Source: Balamuthia mandrillaris
Lineage: Eukaryota
DNA: 64,000 nucleotides
Direction: 5' to 3'
NCBI GenBank assembly: GCA_031835245.2
Contig: JAVKOQ020000054.1
Span: forward strand, 62,001 to 126,000
Under the pieces are notes generated by a model. That model ran no database searches, had not been told where the DNA came from, and saw only the letters and a program-made list of their open reading frames with translations. A program made the translations under genes and the position numbers. This document shows, piece by piece, positions 1-11,122 of the stretch (the stretch's first letter is position 1; each line of letters opens with the position of its first letter).

Positions 1-695
1 CAAGGAAGCAGCTGATAGGAGGAGGTTGGGATGGCCTTCAACTGGTTGTTGGAGAGGTCACAGTCGGTGAGGGCGGTCAGCTTCCCAAACTCTGCGGGCA
101 AGGCCCTCAACTGATTGTAGGCGAGGTCGCAGTAGGTCAGAGCGGTCAGCCGACCAAACTCGCGGGGCAGGGCTGCCAGTTGGTTGTGCCAGAGCTCGCA
201 GCGGGTGAGAGCGGTCAGCCGGCCAAACTCAGGGGGCAAGGCCTTCAACTGGTTGCCGGAAAGGTCGAGGTGGGTGAGGGCGCTCAGCTGACAAAGCTCA
301 GGCGGCACGGCACTCAACATGTTGCAGGAGAGGTTGCAGCGGGTGAGGGCGGTCAGCCGACCGAACTCGCGGGGCAGGGCTTCCAGATTGTTGAAGGAGA
401 GGTTGCAGTGGGTGAGGGCGGTCAGCCGACCGAACTCGGAGGGCAAGGCCGTCAACTCGTTCTTCGAGAGCTTGCAGTGGGTGAGGGCGGTCAGCCGACC
501 AAACTCAGCGGGCAAAGCTGCGAGCTGGTTCTTGGAGAGGTTGCAGTGGGTGAGGGCGGTCAGCCGTCCGATCTCACCGGGCAAGAGGGTCAAATCAGCG
601 CCCGAAAGGCAGCAGGTGGCAGAACGTGCAAAGGGTTGGAGGAGGGCGGGAAGTTCCCCGCCACGCACCATCGCGTCCGCTCCCTCGTGTTCCAT
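1..695 (-). CDS. Leucine-rich repeat protein (5' part; runs off the left edge)
   Basis: Not in the ORF track. The reverse strand from ATG at 695 reads MEHEGADAMVRGGELPALLQPFARSATCCLSGADLTLLPGEIGRLTALTHCNLSKNQLAALPAEFGRLTALTHCKLSKNELTALPSEFGRL. It is a 69-bp (23-aa) tandem LRR unit of type LPxEFGRLTALTxCNLSxNxL. Confidence 0.9.
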   Translation of the reverse strand, partial: MEHEGADAMVRGGELPALLQPFARSATCCLSGADLTLLPGEIGRLTALTHCNLSKNQLAALPAEFGRLTALTHCKLSKNELTALPSEFGRLTALTHCNLSFNNLEALPREFGRLTALTRCNLSCNMLSAVPPELCQLSALTHLDLSGNQLKALPPEFGRLTALTRCELWHNQLAALPREFGRLTALTYCDLAYNQLRALPAEFGKLTALTDCDLSNNQLKAIPTSSYQLLP

Positions 696-1149
696 CTTCC
701 TTCCTTTAACCTGGGTTAATAATAATATTTGAAGCGCACCTAGTAAAAGCAAAGCACGGCTGATGAACGGCTACATAGCCCGTTCTTTCTTTCTTTTTTT
801 TTTTGTTTAAGGGGTTGGCATCAAGGAAGGGGGAAGCCAAACCTTCTCTCTCTTTGGTTGGTTTTTGCCGGGGTTAGCGCAGAGGGCAGGGGCGTTACAC
901 GCAGCGGAGAGGGATTGTCGACGGTGGGGGTCGAACCCGTAATCACCTTATTAGGATAGTTTCTTAAACCATTCCCCGCTTTGGAAATTTCACCTCCTCA
1001 TAGTGTCCTAGGATAAGCGCTACAGTGGTAATATAACAGCGATGCAATAAACAGGGCGGCACCTTCTTTTTGTTTTATTTTGTTGGTGCACGGAAGAAGC
1101 AGGGTTAGACTCAAAGGGAACAGAACACAACAGCACAACAACACAGGCA

Positions 1150-3871
1150 ATGAGCACACCGTTGGTATGTCCCACAGACCGCAAGAAATACGCGGTGAGG
1201 AGACTGCTGACCGACCTCAAGGAGTTGCAGCAACAGAGCCACGGCTCATGGAACCAAACGCACCTCATCAGCGCTTTGCCTCTGGACAACAACATTTTCT
1301 GCTGGCACGTCAACATTCGCTCCTCACCTCCGCTCCGCAGCCACAAGGAGGAGGAGGAGGTTGTCTATCATCTTCGTATTTGCTTTCCTGAAACCTATCC
1401 GTTGGACCCTCCCAACATTTTCACCTTCACGCCCATCCCTCACCCGCAAGTGTTCGGCTCTCGCGTTTGTTTGGGCCTTTTGGAGAAGGGAGGAGACCCT
1501 TTTGCCCCTCCGGAACAGAGAGAGTACAGCGGATGGTCGTCCGGCTACTCTGTTCTCTCCATCTTGATCCAGCTGAGCTGCTTCCTGACCGACTCGGAAG
1601 GAGCCTGCCCCTCCAAGAGCGTTCGAGAGGAGGCGATGAGCTTTCGGTGCAAGACGTGTCCTCATCATCCTTCCTTCGGACGTATATGGCCGCCTTTCAA
1701 CCACAACACTGTCGTCAACGACGAGACAAGTTTGAGGAATGGAGCAGCGGGTTCGGGGTTGACGAAAAAGAAGATGACGACGATAGCGGAGAGTCTTAAA
1801 ATACAAATGTTGAAAGCCGGTTTTGTGAAGCAAGGTGCAGAGAGCCAAGCAAAGGAGACAACCAGACACTTTCACCCGAATGGTGAAATGAGGAAGAACA
1901 GAAGAAGGCGGCGAAGAGGAAAACAGCCACCCAAAGGAACGAACGAAACGGAAGAAAGTCGTACCAAAACCGAACAACCAGAAGACGGACACAGAGGAGA
2001 AGAAGAAGAACCGCAGGAGCAACAAGAAGACACATCAGATTTGGAAAGACTTCCAGAAGAGTTGCTGCTGCACATCATCCGGTTTTGCCTTTCCGAAAGA
2101 CGCTCTCTGCCGACTCTCAGTTTAGTCTCTCGGCGTTGGAATCGGCTTTGCAAAGATAAGCTCGTTTGGCTCACTCTCTCTCAACTATACTTCCCCAAAG
2201 AGATGCTTCAACGTTGCGGCACCTCCGAGTTGACGCAGCGCTTCCGTCAAGGCATGGAGTGCATCAAAGAGGGTTTGCGTTGCTTCTACACTAAGCTTCA
2301 CGTGGATGATGAACACGCAGAAGAGGACGAAGAAGCGAAGAAAGGTGTGGTATTGGGAATGCCCCTTAACATCGAGTTGGGAGTGAACAGGCATCACAAC
2401 TGGAGCTTCATCAGCCAGATATCTTGCATCACTGAGTTGCTCTCCGCTCATGCTTTTTACTGTATGTCTTTTCCTCTTGCCTTCTGTGCTTGCTTGCTTT
2501 CCCTTCTTCCTCTTTCTCTCTCTTCCGCTTTCTCTGACCACCCTGTTCTCAAAGATGAGGGAGTTAGAAAGACGGCGTGGAAGAAACCTTTTCAATACTG
2601 GATACCAGTGTACATCTCTGCTGCCCATTGGCAAAAAGCAAGACCTTATTGGAGGCACGCCGTGCAGAGCATTACCGAAGCTCCCCGTTACAATCCGATG
2701 TTAGCTTTGGAAGTGCTGCCAAAGCTGATGAGCACCATGACTGTTCAGCTCATGACCGGAGAGACCTTTGCTTCGTTTCGCGCGTTAGAAGGTATTTGCA
2801 TCCATCGTATCTTCTGTACTCTTCATTCTACTGACGAAGATATCCACAGGTTACTGTAGTTTCCACCGATTGTTTTTGGAGATCGTAACCAACGACTCGC
2901 CAGAACTTCAAGAGAAAATCTCAGCTATCATCGACGACTTCATCTCCTCCTCCAACGGAAGAACGAAACGCGCAGTTCCTTCTTTGGGAGAGTTTCTCCC
3001 GCTTCTCTCCGTTAGCGACCGTTACACCTGGGAGCACGTGAAAGAGGCTTATCTGGACGAGAGCTTCGATCGGCACGCCAAATGGATCCTCCAAAAGTAT
3101 CCGCACTTGGAAGTGTTTGAAGGATTCGAAGAAGAGGAACTGGGGGAGAGATTGGAGCAAAGCTTCGAAGCTGTTCAAGTCGGAGCGAGATTGCTTCTCT
3201 TCAACGTCTACTTCTTAACCAAGTTTACAACTTCCAAAACAAACGTGCAAAGCAAAAAAGCTAAGGAGAGAAGAACAGAAGAGGAACCTTTTGCACAAGC
3301 ATTGGAAGAGGCCAAAAGAGAGTATGACGCTTTCTATGGAGCTTCCACACCGAGACAACAGGAGGAGCTGCAGCAAGAAGTAAGAAATATTGGCAAAGTG
3401 AGCGATTGGAAGGCTTTCTTCGAGTACTTGGGGATGGAGGTGCCGAGTCGAGAAAGAATGTGCTTCATCCTTAAGCAAGCGGTCGTGGAGTCGGAGAGAA
3501 AGTTTTATCATCAGCCTTCGATACAACGAGACGTTGAGGAAGTAGAGTTTTACAGACGAAGAAGTGCTTTAGAAATAGAAAGAGAAAGAAGAGAAAGAGA
3601 AAGAGAGGCAAGAGAAGCAAGAGAATGGGCACTAATACGAGAAAAAACAAAAGCAAGAGCACAAGAAGAAAGAAAAAGTCGCTATTCAGCAACTTCGAGA
3701 GATGAAGTTGGAAGCTGGAGATGCACACGAGAATCAAGAGGTTATCAACAACAACCACAACAACAACAAGCAAGAAGCTTCGCACAAAGACCTTCATCAT
3801 CATCGTCATCGTCGTCATCACCCAGAACTTGGGAAAGTATGGGAAATTGGAGAAGAGAAAGAAGAGACTGA
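1150..3871 (+). CDS. Ubiquitin-conjugating (E2/UBC) domain plus F-box protein with a C-terminal helical region, spliced
   Basis: UBC motifs RRLLTDLKEL, WHVNI, FPETYPLDPP and HPQVFGSRVCLGLL. F-box LERLPEELLLHIIRF..LSLVSRRWNRLCKDKLVW. GT-AG introns at about 2462-2553 and 2792-2849 join ORFs 1150..2859 and 2870..3871. Confidence 0.8.
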
Positions 3872-3929
3872 AAAACAAAAAAAAATTAAAAAAAAACAAA
3901 TTATTTAAACGGTTACTTACTTTTTTTTG

Positions 3930-4661
3930 TTACTTTGAAAGCAGCAATCCTCTTGTTGTTTGCAAAAAGGTCTTCACGTTGTTTCTCCACTGCTTCAAGT
4001 TTCGTTCCTCCTCTTTCCTCTCCTCTGCTCCTCCAATCCGAAGAGCAACGCCTCCAGCAGAAACCAGTTGATTGAAAGCATCCGCCAACCGTTCCTTCAC
4101 TCCTGTATCTTCCACGGAAGTGACGATACTTCCAACCATCTCCTTAAACTCTTCTCGATGGCAACAGATGAGAGCTAACAACGCGTTGGAAGCTGGGGCC
4201 AAAAGAGTCATCGTCAAGTTGTTTTTGCTGTTTGGCATTAACAACAGTTCCAAGAGAACTTTGAGCAGTTGAGCAAAAGGCCTTTCTTGAAGAATAAGTC
4301 TTTGTACGTCGGCGCTCGTCGCATCATTGTTGGATGTTTGTTGGATGTTGTGTTGATAGTGATACTTGGCGGCTGCTGTGATGCACTCTAAAGCTCTGTT
4401 GACTATCTCCTCGTTGGAAGTGCTGATATTTTGTTATGGACTACACAAAGAAAAAGCTGAACAATCAAGAAGCACAGAGGAAAGGGTAAAAAAGGTTGAA
4501 AAAGGATATTGTGTAAGGGTGTGCTGCAAGGAAAGAATCAACGCTTTGAAGAGAGGGGCATCCACGTGGAAAGCACGTCTGGGGTAGTCCTCAAATAATG
4601 TACCCAACAGAGCCACATAATAACGACTCACTTTTGGATACTTTTTCCGTGTTTTAGGAAA

Positions 4662-4705
<44 letters not shown>

Positions 4706-7699
4706 ATTGCTTTACCTTTAAGAGTTCAGCACTAAGATAAGGCAACAAAGCGCCAAGAGCTATGAATACGATGTGAGCACATGCTTCTGGAACTTGAGGC
4801 TCCTCCGCTTCGTCCGCATTGAAAGTCAGAGTGCATAACATCCAAAGCAAAGTGCGCAAAGCTCTATACGTTTGTTTTTCTTCCTGACTCCCTGCTTTTA
4901 CTTCCGATTTGACAATCCCTATTCGTTTGTTTGTAAGACAAAACAATGATGAAAAAAGCAGATAGCTAAGGAAATGTGCTTACGTTGGTTGCTTTCACTG
5001 TTGATTTCGGCATAAGCTTGAATCAACTGTAATACGGAGGTGAAGAACTCTTCGTATTCACTCTGTTCTTCAAGTTGGTCCATCTACAGAAAGCAAAGAA
5101 AGAATAGAAAAGAAAATGATCAGAACAAATTGAAGGAAGAAAGAAGAGCTCAAGGTAAGAACTGTACCAAATGTTCAACCATGTCATTGTAAAGTTGAAT
5201 TATATCAAAGACCGGCTCTTCGCAGTGTTTATAAATATGGAGCAAACGAATAAGAGGCATTGTTGTTGTATTCAAAAACTTGGAACAAAACGTGTAAGCA
5301 GCTTTGCCGTAACGTTCTCCTTCTTCAGCAGATCGAGCCACACCTCTTAATCCCTTTTTGGAATGTGAGCAAAGAGCAGAAGAGAAGAACAAAGAACAGG
5401 CAACAGTAACGGAAAAAATAAGACGAGGAAAATGTACATGAATCAAACGCGAAAGCTCGGACAGAACTTGGGTTTTTTGGGATATAGCCACAAAGTCGTC
5501 GCGTTGAAGAAGTTGTGATAACTGCGCTTCAAGCGGCTGAACGACGCGATGAAAGTATTGTTGCAGCATTTGTTGATCCTCTGAAAGAGCGCCCATTCGA
5601 ATAATAGCTTCTACCAAAGTCCTATTATTTATTTAGTTGTGGTTGTTAGGTTAAGCCAGATTTAAAAGGATAAGAGAGAATGAGAGAGACTTACATGTGA
5701 AGAGACGGCGGCAGCTTCATCAACGCTTCCTGAGAGGAAGCAAAAGCTTCGTAAAACTCGCTCCAGCGTGAAGACTGGAAAACAATGTTTCTGGTAGGTA
5801 GCCGCGAAACAGCCAACAACAGTTGACACGTCCTCTCGCACAACTTTTGCTCCGATGACCAGAACAGCAAAATATGAGCGATAGTCGAGACAAGAAGGTC
5901 TAACATTTGAACCACGTCACTGCCACTATAATAACGTAACAAAAGGATCGGAGAAGATGAAGATGGAGAAGAAGTGGCAACAGAAGCGGATTGTAGTTGA
6001 ACTCGTTCTTGTTCTTTCTCTTCCTGTTGTTGCAAAGTAAGAAATGTGCAGCTCCATCTGCGCATGAACCAAACTAATGTCTCGGCAAGTAAAGGGCTTA
6101 GCGCTTCTTCTTTTTGGGAAGGTGCCTCTAAGACTTGATTGTAAGCTTGAGCAAAAGCCATGATAGCGTTGCAGAGATTGATCACTTGTTCTGTGTTCTC
6201 TGACATTTTTGAGGAGTCGGAGCAGTGCCGACGAACTGGGGTAGGAAGGAATGATACTTCCATATCTCGGTGCTCGTCGGTGAGAATGTTGCCAGCAATT
6301 AATACCAACCAGTGCATTTCTTCCAACACCTTAACGATGTTGATGCCTCCTTTAAGCAGTAATGTTAACAACTAAGCGGAAAGAACGGAAACACACAAGA
6401 ACGAAAATAAGAGCAAATAAAGAAGAAACAACACGGAAAGAGAAGAAAGCAACCTGAAGGTTGGACGAGGAAAGTTTCCCATTGTTGCTGACGTTCCTTA
6501 AGCATGCCATACAATAAAGTTAATGAAGTGGTACAATCACAACGAGCCAAACGAGCTACCGCCGCCAATTGATCCGTAAACTCTTTCTATATTCATTCCG
6601 AGGAAGGGAGAATGTGTTAGCATGAAACTGAAAAAAGAAAATAAGATAACTAATAAAGAGGACCTCATCGTCGTATTCATCATCACTATCCAGCAAGCCC
6701 AACGCAAGTTCATCAGCGGCAACATTAAGCCGACTTCGCACGTAAAGCTGGAATATAGAACTGCTGCATTGATGCAGAGCATCACATAGCCGCTGTTGCA
6801 CTTCGTTCGGCACATCATCGTTTTCTTCCATGTCGCCCACTGTATTGAGTAAGCGAGGTATGGGTTAAAGAGAAGAAACATCAAGAAGAAAAAGAAGAAG
6901 ACGACGAGGGAGAAGAAGAACAAGAACAAGAACAAGAAGGAGCAGAAGAAGTAGGAGTAGGAAAAAAAGAATGTTATATGTTGAAGAATGCAGAGCGGAT
7001 AAGTTACCAAGAGTACCCCAAGCTTTGAGCAGTTCTTCAAAACAAGTCATGTGCCATGAACGTTCAACACCTTCCTCCCGTGCAGCCTCCGAAACAGCTG
7101 ATAGGGACTGCAAACAACCACAACTGAACGTGCGTAACTCTTCCAACAGAGCAAATGAAAGTTCACTTCCTCCTTCAGAAGCAGAAGAGGAACAAAGAGA
7201 CAGTAATCCCTCTAAACGATAGGTCCGCAGAAAACGAGCAAAGACAGAAGCCAGTTCTATCATCATTTGTTGTTGCGAAGAGGAGAGTGAAGATGGCGAA
7301 GAAGGAGAAAAGACGGAGAGTAAACAGTTGCGAAGTAGAGGAAGGGCTCCTTGTAAGAATGCAGAGAGATAATCGCGTTTGTCTGGCTCGTCGGTGAAAA
7401 TGCTTTCGTGAAGAGAAGCCATTTGCAAAATGCCCATTCGTGTTAGATGTGATAAGCGTTCATGTCCTACAACCATTTCGTGAAGCTAAAAGAAAAAAAA
7501 GGTTAAATGAGAACGAGAAAAAATAGATAAGGGGCCTACTTACTTTGAATAAAGTAGAAACGAGTTGCGAAGTAAGAAGAGGATCTCTCCACGAAGGTCC
7601 AGGTTGAAAAGGAGAAGCATCCACAGTAGTTGAAGCACACAAGAAAAACATCTCTGATGAAAAATCTTCAAATTGCAAATGAATAAAGATAAAATAGTT

Positions 7700-7734
<35 letters not shown>

Positions 7735-8714
7735 GAGAGAAAGAGAAAGAGAAAGAGAAAGAGAAAGAGAAAGAGAAAGAGAAAGAGAAAGAGAAAGAGA
7801 AAGAGAAAGAGAAAGAGAAAGAGAAGGAGAAGGAGAAAGAGAAGTTGAACAGAGAATGAGAGAGAGAGAGAGACTTACAACGTTCCTCGAATTCCCAGTT
7901 CAATATTTTTACAATGAGAGAAAGACATGGCTCCAATAAGACACTCGCAGCATCAGAACTACCATCAGAAAGGAGCTGTTGCTGAAGAAGAGCAATGTTG
8001 CAAGAGGCGATCCGCTTCAACTGAGTCTTTGCAAAGGAGCGAGCGCATTTGTGGTGGAACGCAAGCGGCAGTTGCATCTCGCTTCCTCTCCTTGTCGAGA
8101 ACTCGTCCACCATGCTCGACAATATTCCCAATCCTAACGCTCGTTTCTAAATATTCAAACTTTCATTAGAAGAGCAAACGTAATGAGGAGGAGGAGGAGG
8201 AGAAAGAGATAAAGAAACCGGAAGAGGATTCTCCGCGTTGAGCATTAATTGTAGGAGCGGAGATAGAATGGAGTCGCGATGCTCAGCAGCGGCTGCAGTG
8301 GAGGTGGTGTTATAGTCCAACCATCCTCTCTTAACTACTGCTGCGTAACACTGTTGGGCCTGCGTCTTCACAAAGTGTTCCAGCCTGTTTGCATCGTGTT
8401 AGTTTGTTCGGGTAATAGTAAACGACGCAAAGAAGAGAGAGGCCAGAAGCAGAGGAGAGCAGAGAAACAGCGAAGCACAGACGCAGAGAAGCGAACATAG
8501 ACGCATTCTAACAGTGAAACAGAGGAGAGAAGAGAGCACCTGTCCTCATTTTCAAAGAGGAGCTGAAGAAGGTAGTTACGCAGCGAGGCCTTGTGCTCCG
8601 ACGAGAGCGACGTCCATTCCCGCAGGGCAGCACAGCGAATGGTTCGAAGGGCGTGAAACTGCGCAGTGGGCACCTTGCTGTTCGCTGCCGCCACAACACC
8701 GTATCAGAGCCAAT

Positions 8715-8754
<40 letters not shown>

Positions 8755-9074
8755 AAAACTCTGTTTGTGGGTAGGTACCAAGAATGAACTGACAAGCACC
8801 ATAGGGAGAGGCAGACTGTTGAAACTCCAGACTGAGAGAGGAGAGAGGAGAGGAGAGAGAGAGAGGAGAGGAGAGAGAGAGAGAGAGAGGAGGGGAGAGG
8901 AGAGAGGAGAGGAGAGAGGGGAGAGAGAGAGAGGAGAGAGGAGAGAGGAGGGAGGAGAGAGGAGAGAGGAGAGAGAGAGAGAGGAGAGAGGAGAGAGGAG
9001 AGAGGAGAGAGGAGAGAGGAGAGGAGAGGAGAGGGGAGGAGGAGTGAAGCTTGAAACGCCCACTCATTGTCCAT
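3930..9074 (-). CDS. XPO4: Exportin-4-like karyopherin-beta, multi-exon
   Basis: Exon peptides resemble XPO4: [120 protein letters not shown]. The start codon is uncertain. Confidence 0.85.
4420..4509 (-). other. U12-type (minor spliceosome) AT-AC intron in the exportin-4 gene
   Basis: Minus strand: 5' site ATATCCTTT, branch-like TCCATAAC, 3' end ...cagcAC. Removal joins LQHTLTH to [21 protein letters not shown] in frame with the last exon. An AG 3 nt upstream of the AC is also in frame. Confidence 0.8.
7700..7872. repeat. Intronic compound microsatellite (GA)n/(GAGAAA)n
   Basis: Seen directly; pyrimidine-rich on the exportin sense strand. Confidence 0.95.
8834..9040. repeat. (GAGAG/GAGAGAG)n purine array in the probable first intron of exportin-4
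   Basis: Seen directly. Confidence 0.9.
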
Positions 9075-9191
9075 TCCGTTTTCTCTGTCTGAAGCAAGGA
9101 CAAAAAAATGAAGTGAAGAGGGAAGAAAAGGGTTTTCATTTTTTTTTTTTAACGAAAAGGGAGAACTGGAGGCTCCCGCGCAGAGCAACCC

Positions 9192-10718
9192 ATGGGTTGG
9201 TTCAGCAAGTTGAAGGCCGGGAAGAAGGAGAAGAAAAAGCACACGAAGAAGAACAAGAAGAAGCAGCAACATGACGAAGAGGAGAGAGCAACCACGCGAG
9301 AACAACAAGTAGCGGCAGACAAGAAGAAGAAGCAAGACGGCAACGCCGCAAACGAGCTCCATCCTCTCCACAAGGGCGAACCACCGGAACCCCTGCAGGA
9401 CAACAGCCTGTTGGCCCAGGCCGATTGTTGGAGCTCTGCCTGGCCGCGACGGGCGTTGTCGTACGCCTCTTTCGGCAGCTGCTACACGAGCCACGAACGA
9501 GTGGAAGACGACTTCTTGGGCTGCGACAGCATAATATTTTCGGCTTTGGCTCCTTCGGGGCCCTCCTCCTCGGTTGAGGGAAGCGAGCGGCTGCTGGTCC
9601 GTGAAAGCTACGAGATGGCGCCCAGAACGAATGCAGCCTCAGCTCGGCTGGCTCAGCTGCGTTGGGAGTTGCGAGTGTTGGACAGATGCAGGGAGCATCC
9701 CTGTTTCGCGCAGCTGGTGGAAGTTCTGGAAGTCATCGACGAGGGGCAACAGGCTGTTCCGAAGAGAGACAAACACAAGGTCTTGCTGGTGCTACGCTCC
9801 CTTAGAACGCAGCCGGACAGCCGCCTCCTGTTTGACTTTTTGGTGGACCTGAGCGAACAGCCGATGGAGCCAGAAGAACAGGAAGCACTGGTGAAGCCGT
9901 TGTTTTGGAAGCTGCTATGTGCTGTGGACCATCTTCATCGGCAAGGCTTGGCTCCCTTGCACCTTAAACCTACCAACATAACCATAAGACCTAGTCGCTC
10001 GCCCAACAGTGAAGAGCCCAGCAAAGATAGAAACATCGATACGAAGCAGAAGGGGTGGAACAAGGAGATACGGAGCGGCTGCAAGTGTTGGGACTTGGAA
10101 CTGAACCACTTGGAGACAGTGCTACTCTCCGAAGTGTATGACCAAGTGCCAACCACCGCAGGAAGCACGGCCAACGTAGACTATGTTGCGCCTGAAATCC
10201 TGGTATCAGAGCCAGACCTGGACTTGCGCAAAGTCAACATGTGGCAACTGGGAGCCTTGCTCTATACCATGCTGCTCCTGACACCTCCTTTCTCCTCCTT
10301 CAGCAACTGCATGAGCATAAACAAAATCTTTCACAACATAATAGGAGCAAAGTTCAATCAAGACGAACACTACGAGAAGCTCTCGCGAGAGGCGAGGAAC
10401 ATCCTGGGGGACGGTTTGCTTCGCAAGGATCCAAAAGAGCGATGGACCCTTCCTCAATTGATGCAACACGAATGGTTCGGAGGTTTGAGGGACGAGTTAT
10501 TTGAACGACCCAATGTGCCCAGCCTGTTGGACTTGTGCTTGCGACGTGTTTATGCGCTTGTGGCGGACGACCCAGAGACATGGGGCGAAGCGGTGACGGA
10601 GAAGACCCCCGTGGATATCAAGGAGCGGGTTATGGAAGAGGCGATGCTGAGAAACGAGGAGAAGCGGTGGTGGAAGCTGTACTTGGCACAGCTGGAGAAT
10701 TATGGTCTACTCACATGA
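9192..10718 (+). CDS. Intronless CAMK-like protein kinase, probably a pseudokinase
   Basis: Kinase C-lobe motifs: LLCAVDHLHRQGLAPLHLKPTNI, YVAPEIL, VNMWQLGALLYTML, LSREARNIL, KDPKERWT, HEWF. The HRD and DFG motifs are degenerate. Confidence 0.85.
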   Translation: MGWFSKLKAGKKEKKKHTKKNKKKQQHDEEERATTREQQVAADKKKKQDGNAANELHPLHKGEPPEPLQDNSLLAQADCWSSAWPRRALSYASFGSCYTSHERVEDDFLGCDSIIFSALAPSGPSSSVEGSERLLVRESYEMAPRTNAASARLAQLRWELRVLDRCREHPCFAQLVEVLEVIDEGQQAVPKRDKHKVLLVLRSLRTQPDSRLLFDFLVDLSEQPMEPEEQEALVKPLFWKLLCAVDHLHRQGLAPLHLKPTNITIRPSRSPNSEEPSKDRNIDTKQKGWNKEIRSGCKCWDLELNHLETVLLSEVYDQVPTTAGSTANVDYVAPEILVSEPDLDLRKVNMWQLGALLYTMLLLTPPFSSFSNCMSINKIFHNIIGAKFNQDEHYEKLSREARNILGDGLLRKDPKERWTLPQLMQHEWFGGLRDELFERPNVPSLLDLCLRRVYALVADDPETWGEAVTEKTPVDIKERVMEEAMLRNEEKRWWKLYLAQLENYGLLT

Positions 10719-10788
10719 ATGAACTGTATAACGCCTACTCACTCCTTTGGATGCTTGAAGAACAAACCTAAGATTTAGCAGAGAGGAG

Positions 10789-10827
<39 letters not shown>

Positions 10828-11122
10828 ACGTGCCATGCAATTAATCAACCCTGAACATGCTGGTCATGTTCTGAGTTATTTCCGACCGGTTTCGTGGGTT
10901 GGGTTGAACAAACTTCCAAGAAAAGTAGTTTCGTTGCCCACCACCACCCCCCTTGGCAGCCCCCCAGCCCCAGCAGCCTTCGTTCATCTGTGTTCATCAT
11001 TTTTAAGTGCTGTGAAATAACTTCGGAGAAGGAAGAACCCAAAGTTGGTTGGTCTGCCTCTTCATTGTTCTGTTGGAGTTCTTTTGACCCTTTGTTGTTG
11101 TTGTTGTTTAGTGTTTCAAAGG

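Noticed and set aside
1..600. Regularly spaced repeats as a CRISPR array
   Set aside because: The 69-bp units are homologous along their whole length and encode LRRs. There are no unique spacers or cas genes, and the context is eukaryotic.
180..732. Plus-strand repetitive ORFs 180..719 and 319..732
   Set aside because: Antisense shadows of the minus-strand LRR gene.
866..990. tRNA-like fragments (TAGCGCAGAGGG on +; GGGTTCGACCCCACCGTCGACA on -)
   Set aside because: The A-box-like and B-box-like pieces are on opposite strands and I could not build an acceptor or anticodon stem. tRNAscan-SE would settle it.
8508..9494. Long Ser/Leu- or Glu/Arg-rich ORFs over GA arrays (also near 37445 and 60821)
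   Set aside because: They are open only because the microsatellites lack stop codons.
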